NCBI GenBank assembly: GCA_000934665.2
Contig: KZ538307.1
Span: 1-64,000, forward strand
Reading direction: 5' to 3'
From: Catajapyx aquilonaris
Lineage: Eukaryota
DNA: 64,000 nt
Positions within the stretch are counted from its first letter, which is position 1; each line of letters starts with the position of its first letter. Under the pieces are notes generated by a model. The model was not told where the DNA came from, searched no databases, and saw only the letters and a program-made list of their open reading frames with translations. The translations under genes were made by a program, and so were the position numbers. This document shows, piece after piece, positions 37,519 to 48,230 of the stretch.

Positions 37519-40500
37519 TGGCCGTTCTATAAGACTTTTTTTCTCGAAAAAGTCTAAAACATCGCTACATATTGTTAAGTGCTGGTAAAATGTGTAGTAA
37601 TCGTATGCAAAATTATCATTTGGTGTAACATATAATATTATATTGTGCTTTACGACTGATACGACATTTCTTGTCACCTTCAGGTGATGTTTACGGCATT
37701 CCGCAACAAAAGCAAAGCAACCGAGAACTGCACCGACGACGAATTCGACTGCGAAGACAACACGTGTATCAGTGGAGCTCTGAAATGCGACGGCCCCAAG
37801 AACTGCCAGCACGAGTGGGACGAGAGCAAATGCGAGAACAAGAACGTGAAGAGCGACTTCGACCTGGCCAAGACCAGCAACCTGGTCATCCTGATCCTCA
37901 CCCTGCTAATGGGCTTCGGCATGCTCTTCGCCTTTGGCTTCCAGTGTGTCCGGAAGCTCAGGCAAGACAGGGAAGATATCCAGGAAGAGGTTCGACGCTC
38001 CAGGGAGCTCCTGGAGGAAGGAAGCGTCAGGGTGTCGGCTGCAGCCTCGGTACCAGCGCCGGTACCGTCGCAAGAGACGCTGCGCACCACCGGAGGAGGC
38101 AGCATGGCCAAGTACACCAACGGGGAAGTGGTGCTTGCGAACAGTTACAGTGCGGGTAACGCGGTGGACCAAGAGGTGACCGTGTACGGAGACTACGAGG
38201 AAGACGATGAGGAGGAGGAGCGGTGCGTCGAGATGCGGGACAACGCGTGCCAGACGCGAGACAGCCTGTGGGACACCAACTGGGACGGAAGCACCAAGGA
38301 GAGCGTAGCGTCCAAGCCTTCGTCGTCCTCCCCGGCGATACCACCTAGAATACCGATGGGCCGCAGGTTGAGCGAGAGGCCGCCCATACCCACCTCGCAG
38401 CAGGCCCACCACCGGCCGTCGCTTCCGACGACTTCGGCGACAACCGCGCCCACCGAACCGCGTACATTCCACGCCGAAGCCAAGATTGAAGTGGCCCCGG
38501 GACAGCAGCGCCCGTGCAGTTTAGATTCGAGCAAATCTGCTCCTGACGTAGTCGTCACTCACTGACCTTACCACACACACTACAACAAGTACACTAATAG
38601 TGCGGCTTATATTTATGTGCATTTTGCTCAGGTATACACGCAAAAGTTTAGGCAGTGTCGAAGGGGATTGAAAAACTAAGGTCCAACGGTTTGACTCTTT
38701 GTGCTTTTCATACAGTACCTGTCCTTACCAGTCTGGAATAAACCCGGGTGTAAACATGTGTCCGTTTTAATGTCCCCCCCTGCTGTGTTGTTTCAGCGCT
38801 CTGTGACCTTCACGATTGAGCATGATGGGAAGACACGTCCACTGGACAGGCTGTTCCGGTATGCACCAAACACCGGTGTCATCCCTCCGAAGAGCAAAAC
38901 TGACATCAAGCTGTCCTACAAGCCTCGCTTTCCGGACATGGAAAACCACGAGTTCTACAAAATCAATTGCAGCACCGGAAATTACTTTCACGTATACCTT
39001 TCAGGGAACTGCACTGGTAAGACTCTGACCACCCCACTGTCGCCTTGTAACACCACTGCCTTCTCGACCCACAGGACCACAGGTAGAGTCCCAGGACAAA
39101 GTTGTGCGATTTGGACACAACAAAGACGGGTGCGTGACAAGCAGGGTGATCCAGCTGTCCAACTTGTCCGAAACTCCGGCCAACTTCTACTTCGACGTGG
39201 ACCCCTTGTACAGTGCCTTCCGACTGGAGCCCACTTGGGGCCTCATCAAGCCCGGAAAGCAGCAACGCATAAAGGTCACGTTCCTTGGGAAGAAACCACA
39301 CGTGTACGCTAGGAAAGTTGTCTGTCTGATTCATTACCAGGTGAGTGTGCATAGGTTACATAGGCCTAGTACCAAGTTAACTGGATCCGGTTCTGTCCAT
39401 GTTGACATGCAATAAGATGGCCTACAAGTTTGCATATTATTGCTCTCATACGTTACGTCGTATCTAGACAGGGTCCACTTTACTTGATGTGCAATAATGG
39501 CTCTAGTGGGCTTGGCCTGATAATCTCCTGAGTAATAAACAAATCAAACCATAATTGATCATCTTGACATACACACTTCTTGCAGCCACCTATTTCCTTC
39601 CACTTCGTGTATACCAATACGAAAAAGTTGCTTCTGGATAGAATAGTCATCCCAGTTCATGAAATTGAGTTGCCAGAGCAGGAACGGTATGAAGCATATC
39701 TGGCCGATTCTTTGAGCGCATTTCAGAATCGAACCAATGTGTCTCTGCGAACCAGATTCTTGCAGTTTGGATTATGTGAAAAAGAAAAGGTAGCGTATGT
39801 CCAGCTAAAGGTTACAAACCTGTCTGATAACATGGTGACGCTCCTGTGGAATACAGGTACGATTATGATGTCCTGATATTGTTTGGAACTGGTTCTAACG
39901 TTACGTGTTCTAGTTCCGGAGCACGTCTTCCGAGTGTCGCCTGAAGCCATGTCTATTCCTCGGATGAACTCCGTGGAGTTTGAGGTGTCATTTAAGCCCC
40001 ATACCAGTGAAATGTTGTACAGCAGCGAAATTGAAGGGTACGTGCACCGTGCATGCAAGCACTGCCAGTGTTACCAAGGACGTGGAGACTTGTGCCTCTG
40101 TGCGGCTTGCAATCTTGATTCAACTGGCAAACTCAAGTCGTTGCCTTCCTGCATATCCTTCCGAGCTGAAGGTGAGGAATTATATTTTATCCTCGCATGA
40201 ATAGGCTGTCACAAATTAGGGGGTATTTTGGGTACTGGAACCATTTTTTTACCTGTCGTCTAAAAGCTGAAAGTAATAATGTTAAGATTATATTCTGCGC
40301 ACATGCTGTGCACAGGGTGTTCCAAGTTCGTGGGTAGTTTTTAGTTATAACTAATATCGTCCGAAGTAGTTATTTTTGTGTAGCTTGTTGAGCCGATCCA
40401 GCGGGTCCCTCATTATCACGCCTCATTATTATTACTATCAGGTGGTCGAATGTAGCAGTGGCTATAGAATATAGGGTATACCTGGACTGGGGCGCAACAG

Positions 40501-43500
40501 GCTACAAAAACATAACAGCTTCGAGAGAAATTTCCTATAACTAAAAGGACTAATATACTTGGAACACCTCGTATTATTTAAATATTGCAATTATTTATTT
40601 ATTTATTTTTTTAAAATTACACCCTTGAAGCCTTCAGGCTTATATAGGGGGGAGGTTTTTCGACCATTTTCAATCTCTCCGGTGCTAGGATGGAGGGGGG
40701 GACAGTGGTGCAAGTGCAATGTCTCATGGCGGAGGCCGTGTGCAGTCCCCCAGAGGGCTTAGGTTGAAAGACGACCCTCTAGGTGCGGGTAAGAGACCTC
40801 CCACAAACACCGCACCTCCTCCAGTGTGGGACATGGATAGGAAAGGTAGGAAGCGGCTGTGGCCTACGATTAGGAAACAACTCCGGTATTCACCTGGGGG
40901 TGACCGTGGGAAACCACAGAAAACCACGGTCAGAGTTGCCGGCCTGGGGATTTGATCCCTGGACCTCCCGATTTGCAGTCGGATACCAAATCCCCTCCGC
41001 TACCACTGCTTCGGTAAATATTGCAATTATAACAACAACAATGGGAAAATGCGGGAAGATGTGGCATGGGCTCAAACTCGAAAGTTGACAAATCAAGATG
41101 AAACCAATTATTTGTATGATCCGAATCCATGTGTGACTTTGGATTATTTTTAATTATTCAAATCCCCGTCCAGGTCATTCATGTCTAAAATTACTCCAAG
41201 AGGGATCACCTTTGGCTGAAGTGATTTGAATACAGGCCTACTGTCAAAAATGCATTTCTTACACTATTCTGATGAGTTTATCCTAAAAATTTATGTGACA
41301 CATCATAATGTGCCAGTTATCAATCTCTGATTTCAGGTCACAGTTTCAGGCCAGGATGCGAACCTTGGGCCCCTCATTTCATAATGAGGCCGAATGAAAT
41401 TTGGATGCCGCCCATGTATCCCGGATCAAATAGTGCTACTACTCTACTTCTCTCACCTAAGAGTGATCTTCCAGTCATGTTTAATTTTCAACTACCCCCT
41501 GACAGGTAACAATGACACTGACAATGAGCAGTTCACATACCGTACATATTGTAGGTACTGTATTGTACTGCAGGCTAGCATTGGGAATGTAAGCTAGATT
41601 GTTGACATTTATGGTAGCCAGTATTATACTGTATTTCAGATAATAAAATGACATCTTGATTTCTCAGCCCTTACACGATTAAGCCTTTGGAAGGATTGGT
41701 GATGGGAGGTCCCCAAGTCATCGTAGTTAACCTTCAACCAAAGGTGTCGAGCGAAACCACAGTTTATTTGGACAGATGTCGCATGCAGGTCAACGTCGTG
41801 GAAGAAAACGCCATTTGGTTCACTATACGCGGAGAAGTCCTTCTGCCCTTTGTAGATTTTGGAGAGAAGGGCATGGTTCTCTTTGACGACACCATGGTCG
41901 ATTCAGTGAGGAAAATTATGGTTCCTGTCATCAATACTACTAGAGAAAATGTGTGGTAAGCACTCCTATTGCAGCCTTGACCAAATATAATAATCAGTAC
42001 AACTTACTAGATGATACGTAATTATTTGATAGGTTTAAAGTTATTCATCCAGTGGAGGACGAAGAGAAGGATGAAAATTACGTAGCCGAGAAAAAGAAGG
42101 AGGAATTCACATATGTGTTTTCCGTTTCGGATCTGGAAAATCAGTATTTCCTGAAGCCAAATCAACGAATATTTCTGGAGTGGGTGTTCCAACCCGCTTA
42201 TGCAGAAACATATCAGCAAGTGCGACCATTGCGAGTTTCTTTCTTGAGCAACCCTGATGCTACATTTCTTCCAACGTTGATGAAACCAGACTGCATTCAT
42301 ACGCAAAACGTAATGGTCTCTTTGATGGGAAGAGGAATCAAGTCAGATCTCATTGTAAGGCATTATATCAAGCTGTCATCCAACCCACACAAACAATAAG
42401 TTATTATGTCATATATTTATTTTTAAATAGGGTGACCCAAAGCAAATGAACATGGGCTACTTGACTATCGGAAAAGAGTTTACAGAAAGATTGACCGTGA
42501 CAAACGAGAGCGACTGCGATATGGCCTTCTTCCTGGAAGTAACGTACTTACAGCCCTGCGAAACGTTTGACCACCAAGTGGTTCGCGCCGACGTGGTCAT
42601 TTCCCCTGCGGAAGGTAAGCTGGCCCCAGGAGAATGGACACCAGTGATGATGACCTTACGGCCCACTGAGGTTGGCACTTGCCACTTCCAAGTGTCGTAC
42701 AGAAAAGTCGGAGGGTCACTCAATCCGGTGACCAATTTCAAGTTCATCGGTGCAATACCTTACATTCAGATAACTGACATTGTGTGCGACGGGTCTGGAA
42801 TCATCATAGGAAGGTCACGGCTGTGGTCCTTGCTCGAGCTCAACAGGCTGAATGAGACGTGGAGAAAATTGCAATTTCCGGATAATTCAATGTTCGACAT
42901 TAAAATTCCGGGAGCGGTGGAGGGCACTGGTGACCTCCACATCAAGATGCGAATCACTAACCCGACAAAAGTACCTGCTGAGTGGGTAATGAAAGTGCCC
43001 AGGGTGAGACACGAGAGGGTGGAGAATCCATACTGGTACATCCCACCCCTACAACAGTTGTCTCCAGAGGATAATAGGATACAAACTATCCTGAAGGCCA
43101 ATATAATCGAAGTTGGTCCTGGAGAAGGTATCCTACAACCTTCCGAGTCCGTTGAAGCAGTTATCAAGTATAGGTTCACGCATGCCGGAGAGCATGACGT
43201 GCCCCTATCCTTCGGCGTCAGGCACCACAATGTGATCAATGCGCGTTTGGTGGGGAACACTATCCCGAAGACGACTCCGCTAGTGCAGGTTTTCACCAAA
43301 GAAGTGAACTTGTACGACGTCTCCATAGAGGATGCGGATCCTCCCATTCAGATCTTCTGGTTGTTCAATCCGACGCACGAGGAAGCTCCGTACAAGTTTC
43401 TTGCCAGCTCCTTCAAGAGCAGGGCCAAGCTGGACGTGGTGTGCTGCAATCCTGCAGGAACCGTCCCGGCACTGTCATGGCACCCAGTCAAATTCCGATT

Positions 43501-44808
43501 TCGACCAATGGAGGAAGGGGCTTACATGATGATGGCTCCACTTCAGGTAAACGGCCAGACAATGGTCACGGTGTTTCATGGAAAGGCCACCCTGTACGAC
43601 ATACCTCGAGAGGGAGAATTCCGAAAGCAACTTACGCCCAGGATACCCATGAACTCGGATGTGTGTCCGGTACGGCTAGATCCCGATCAAATCTTAGTGA
43701 CTACAGGTGTGGTGCCATTGGTAGAGCACAGAATCGTATACCTGACCAACACATCTAAAACTAGCATCATGTCATTCAAGTGGCATCCGACGTCGATCAG
43801 GGCGGTGGCAGATATCACTGTCGTGCCTCCAATTGGCAAGCTGAGCCCTGGGCAGCAGATCAGCTGCAAAGTAATGATGACCCCTGGCAATACATCATCT
43901 GCTTTCTCCGCTGAAGTATATTGCACACTGAGAGATGAATCAGCTCAGCTGTTGTACGAACGACAGGTCGAGTTGCACCTGGCTGACATAGAAATGGCCA
44001 AAACGGAATTCACCATTACAAAAAGGGAGCATAGTGAAGGAGTAAGTTGGGCAAGGACCTGGGTATTAATTATTACGTTCACATCTGAATCAATTTCACT
44101 AACAGAAAAGTTTTTTGCAGCGACCCATACGATTTGAATATCCAGGCAAACCACCATACCAGTCTGTTGTGCTGACCGCATGGGTCAGTTACACCACGAG
44201 GATGTATGCTTCTCTCAACTATCCTCTGGAAAGGCTTATGAAGTTACCTCCTCCGGGAGACATACCTCCTAAGTTCAATCATGCTCCTAAGCTGTCTATT
44301 TCCTTGGCTGAGTACAGTTGGTACATGCAGTTGATGAAGATGATCATAAAGTGAGTTCATTTTTTCAGTGCCCTACAATTACACCAGGTGCCAGGTGCAT
44401 TGTTATAGCCTTTTACTGATCCGTAGTTCCACACCCCGTACTATAACACATCCCTCGACATGTTTCAGAGACGCAGTCATGGACAAGGCATTCGTTACTG
44501 AAATGGACGTTGAAGGATGTCGACCCCTTCCATATTACCAACAGCTTCATGTCACAAACTTAGAAGCAGAAGCGATGAAAAAACAGCGCAAAATGTCTTC
44601 GACTATGATTAGCGAAGTGTTGGAGAGCGTACTGAACAAGTCAGTCGACCACATGGCGTGCGAGGGCGTTAGGGAAGCCTCCCGAATCCACCCCACACGT
44701 AACCTGGAAATATTTCTGGAGGAGAGGGACAGGTTCAGAAAGCAGAAGAAGACGCAACCACTGGGGACCAAGGACCTCATTCTACCTTTTACCCCTGACC
44801 CATACTAA
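27353..44808 (+). CDS. CFAP65: Cilia- and flagella-associated protein 65 (CCDC108)-like, tandem MSP/ASH Ig-like domains, 11 coding exons, about 1366 aa
   Basis: join(27353..27478,38797..39016,39075..39340,39586..39856,39914..40171,41337..41505,41668..41955,42033..42354,42431..44041,44121..44350,44469..44808); GT-AG, phases consistent (4101 nt). Motifs recalled from CFAP65: GNCTGPQV, IQLSNLSETPANFYF, RKVVCLIHYQ, RAEGHSF. Exon 41337-41505 is not in the ORF track. AATAAA at 44842-44847. Exon 1 (VRFDNVMVERTQIKHVFLVNSRT) completes the ASH domain that continues at 38797. Confidence 0.85.
29150..29326 (+). promoter_or_regulatory. Possible promoter / non-coding first exon of the nested Neto-like gene
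   Basis: CpG-rich patch with CRE-like TGACGTC (29199-29205) and a strong donor GAG|GTAAGA at 29321. Further donor-like sites near 31549 and 31785 and an acceptor at 32383 could form 5'UTR exons. Not provable from sequence. Confidence 0.3.
32501..38565 (+). CDS. Neto: Neuropilin and tolloid-like (Neto) protein: signal peptide, 2 CUB, LDLa, TM, cytoplasmic tail; 2 coding exons, 578 aa
   Basis: join(32501..33355,37684..38565), phase-0 GT-AG intron; in-frame TGA just upstream of the ATG. CUB motifs FYSPNYPGEY, CQYDYLEIKDG, LCG, LDCIWTI, KFCG; LDLa CTDDEFDCEDNTCISGALKCDGPKNCQHEWDESKC; TM LVILILTLLMGFGMLFAFGF; tail motifs VEMRDNACQTRDSL and SKSAPDVVVTH resemble insect Neto tails as I recall them. 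Confidence 0.85.
33553..33677. mobile_element. Small TTAA-flanked element with internal GGTACT repeats
   Basis: AAGGGG-TTAA-CCACT ... AGTGG-TTAA-CCCCTT; several GGTACT(C) units inside. Confidence 0.5.
34610..34941 (+). mobile_element. tRNA-derived SINE, family A (copy 2), in the Neto intron
   Basis: 15-bp TSD TTCAGAGGTGTTTTA (34595-34609, 34942-34956); A box TGGCGCCGCGG, B box GGTTCAATCCC; A17 tail. Confidence 0.92.
37149..37559. mobile_element. DINE-1/Helentron-associated (HINE)-like element
   Basis: Terminal AGAC(C/T)TTTT..AAAAAGTCT stem-loops, inverted AAAAAAGTCTTATAG repeats, (GTCC)n/(GTCT)n and (CAGA)n microsatellites, T/A-run flanks. Confidence 0.65.
38737..38742 (+). terminator. Candidate poly(A) signal of the Neto-like gene
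   Basis: Only AATAAA between the Neto stop (38565) and the next host exon (38797); followed by GT/T-rich TGTGTCCGTTTT. Confidence 0.55.
40313..40571. mobile_element. Tc1/mariner-type MITE
   Basis: CAGGGTGTTCCAAGT ... ACTTGGAACACCTCG-TA, with subterminal TTTTAGTTATA / TATAACTAAAA. Confidence 0.65.
40595..41014 (-). mobile_element. tRNA-derived SINE (family C head and body plus family B module)
   Basis: 16-bp TSD TAAATATTGCAATTAT (40579-40594, 41015-41030); body GACCGTGGTTTTCTGTGGTTTCCCACGG..TAGGCCACAGCCGCTTCC shared with the 20059 copy; (TAAA)n tail. Confidence 0.88.
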
Positions 44809-47800
44809 CGTTTGGATGTTTTTATCATACCTTACAGCTGCAATAAAATGCCATTATTGCCCTTTATCACTGAGATAGTCTACTCTGTCATTCTGGCTCT
44901 AGATACGACTATGCAGTCTGTGTAATTATTCTGCAGTGCCTTTTTGTGGCCTGAACAGGATGCAGAGGGTTCAGCAGCTGAAAGCTGATGGTGTTTTCTT
45001 TACAACAATAAAGTAATTTTTTAAAAAGCTAGTATACAAATTCAGGCAACACGTGGAGCATCTTTATTAATGTGATATTTTAGAGGCCACTAAAGAGGAG
45101 AGGGTGCTGGGATTGCTGGTTGTAACACGCGCCGAAGGAATTCACACTATAACTATATACAAGGAGCTGACTCTTCCGGGAAATGGTGGTCGGAAGGAGG
45201 GAGGGTGACTGTGAGAGTTCTCTGCCGCCAATGCCACTATCAACTCATCCTGACTCATTCTTGTGGGCTTTCCCTCTCTCTCCCCCCTACATTTGTTGCT
45301 TCAATTTTTGTATATTTGGATTAACCAACTCTGCTGATAAAATGCCGAGAAGCGTGAAAACAAACATACGGTACTCGAAAAATTCGTTCCGGTACTTGCA
45401 TGCTCAAGCTTTACAGGTTGTTGTTCCCTAATGCTGATTGAAAATGGGCCGGGTTTTCGTTCTATAGCTATAGTTAGTGCAGTACAGGTAGCCTGCCATC
45501 AACAACTAGAAATCCAAGGTCCGACATGAGAAAGCTCATATAGGAGAATTCTGAGAAGCAGAAGCAAGCTGCTAGTATAGAGACCTTGATAGAGACTTGG
45601 AGGAGAGACACCCCCATCAAATGATTGTGTTTATATGCGAAATTCATTGAAAGTGGGAGTGAAAAGCTCGGAATATTACATTAGTTACCACTGGAGTAAC
45701 TAGAGTAAATCTAGACTAAAATAGTGGGATCTCCTGAAGAAGCTTTAGGGTTCTGATACTTACACAACATTCACTATTGCAAACATGTCATATATAGGGG
45801 CATCACATTCCTTGCTTCAGCAAAAGGTAGCCTAATACATATCTCCTGATATCACTGATGCTTCCCTTCCGTGTATTCTATTTCCAATTCCATTGTCCAA
45901 CTCTCCCTCTCATCTTAACACTTCATTTTTTATTGCTCAAGTGAACTCGCAAGTTCTTTTACCCCTTCAATCAGTATGTTTCTCAGCCCAGCGTGGTGCC
46001 GAAGCCAATCCGGAAGACGGGTTTCCTTCGTCTGGTTGATGTGTCCTCTGTCATCCAAGAGGTGCTGGGAAAAGGGGGGTCCTAAAATACTTCTTCCCAC
46101 GAGCCGCTTCCTTTTCTGATGCTCCCCCTAACCCAAAGCAAACAAACGCCGCACATCCTGCCAAAAATACTACCTCATCAAACCATGTTACCTCAAAGGA
46201 AGGGGGTGAACGAGGGGCAGCAGAGAGAGGAGGGGAGGGGGGAGGGGACTTGAAACAAGCTGCCTTTTGCCACAAGTCTCTCCTGTAATTTTAAGGGCCA
46301 TCTTCCGGAATGCCGTTTCCAGACGTAGCCTTTCGCGAATGATAATTTTATGTGGGATTAGTAATGACAGAAGGGTGCTGGCATGGCAGACTTATGATGT
46401 TTACTAATGAAGTAAGCGCAAATATTGCATGCCAAGCTGGTCCAAAGCTCCTCCTGTGAGGAATAACTGAAAGGCCAGTAGCCGACGACTTTCTTTTATG
46501 TAACGTAGTGGAAAATTTATGTCCTTAGAGGCCTATATATAATTCTGATTCAAGAACAGCAATGTGCCTGAGACTCATGTGCCTACTCTGCGCAGAATCG
46601 TCGAGGGGCAGAAACTCTATTTATTCTAGCTCCTGTGCTCTGAACGTCACGTTTCAATCTATCAGACCTGCAGAAATGGGATGTATATTGGGTCATTGTT
46701 GCACCAACCCCTCGATTTCCTACTCCCTGCAAACCCGAACAAAACCGAGTTTACTCTTTCGCAATATCTCGTGTCCAAACACAACCGAAGAAGATTAGAT
46801 TTTCCCAGTGCAAATCGGATTATCCGTTTCCTTTCATCTCCCGACGTCACGCTGGTGCTCTCTGGCCTTATGTCACTGACATAGCGTGGAGCAGAGGCTA
46901 TGCAGCCATCTTTATTTTCACACAGTATGCAAGTTCTCCATAAACGAATGGGGCGGAGGTTGAGTGTGTGCTCCATTAGGCAATGAAAGAGTGGGGGAGA
47001 TCTCACCCCCAGTGGGGTCGTTTCAGGCAGCTGGGTCATTTTGCCTTCCCATTCTGTCTCTCTCCGACCCCACCCATGCCCGACCGTATAAATCTTATGG
47101 CCCTGGATCCATATTCCGACAGGACCTACCTATGTACTCAGGCTTCGATGGGTTCATCTCATTTCCATTTCTATGTGTGTGAGAACTCAACAGATGCTGG
47201 TCCCTTTTATGGGGGCTCTCTCTCTCTGATCAGTATGGTACATATTGCCTCTAGTAATTACATAGTAAACAATCGCTATTAAAAGTTACAAAACCTTTGT
47301 CAGCATAGGGTTTTATTGCAACTAGTAATTGTTTATAATTACAGGGGCAAGTTCATTGGTATAAGCAAAAAAATGCCTCTAGATAAGAGTGAACAACGCA
47401 ACAGGAGGGAAAATGCGCAAAATATAGGGGGTAAATAACTGACAACTTAAAAATAATGTTATGATGCCTAATTTCTGTAACGGTGAGGTTATGTTACGAA
47501 GATGGCTTCGGCTTCACTTTTTTATTGCCATTTTTTAGGAAGCGTGGAGGACGGTAGAGGGGTGGAAATTTATATCCGAGGCCACACACGTCGTGTTTCA
47601 GTTGGAAGCGGAGAATTAGCTACACTCGATGCTTTGCTACCATTTGGAACCTAAAGGATTCACCTCCATCTCCTCAGCACAGTAATCTTCGACGTTGGTG
47701 GTTTTCCTGGGTATTCACGGCTGGTGATTAGTAACTCTCATGTCACACTTTGATTCTGAAATCTTCACCTGTGACCTTTCAGCGCCCTAACTTAATTGCC

Positions 47801-48140
47801 CGCTGGAACCTTACCCTGAAAAATAATCCACCGCGTTTTTCCTCCCCACCTTTATTCTCTGTTTTTTTCAGTCTTCCATGATTAGGGGGCTCTCTCGGGT
47901 CCTTCAACAATTTTCAATGGGAGTGAAAAGGATTCATCAGCGCTCCCCTTTCACCGCACCTCAGGACCAGTTGAGTTACTCTTCAAGCTAAGGGTATGGA
48001 GCAGAAGACTGGGAAAAATTTCATAATTGGACGGGGGAGCTCTGCCTGGTAATTTAGCCTCCCCTTGGTATTCAACAACTATACTTTACTCCTCCCTTTC
48101 AGTGCCAGCTAGCAGTCATGTATTTGCAGTTCTCATCCGC

Positions 48141-48143
<3 letters not shown>

Positions 48144-48229
<86 letters not shown>
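48144..48229. repeat. (TAA)n microsatellite, about 28 units
   Basis: Directly visible. Confidence 0.95.

Positions 48230-48230
<1 letters not shown>

Noticed and set aside
39472..39531. Alternative CFAP65 exon GPLYLMCNNG after AGACAG
   Set aside because: Superficially like the expected D-P-L-F-L motif but hits a stop within 20 codons; the 39586 exon keeps the frame.
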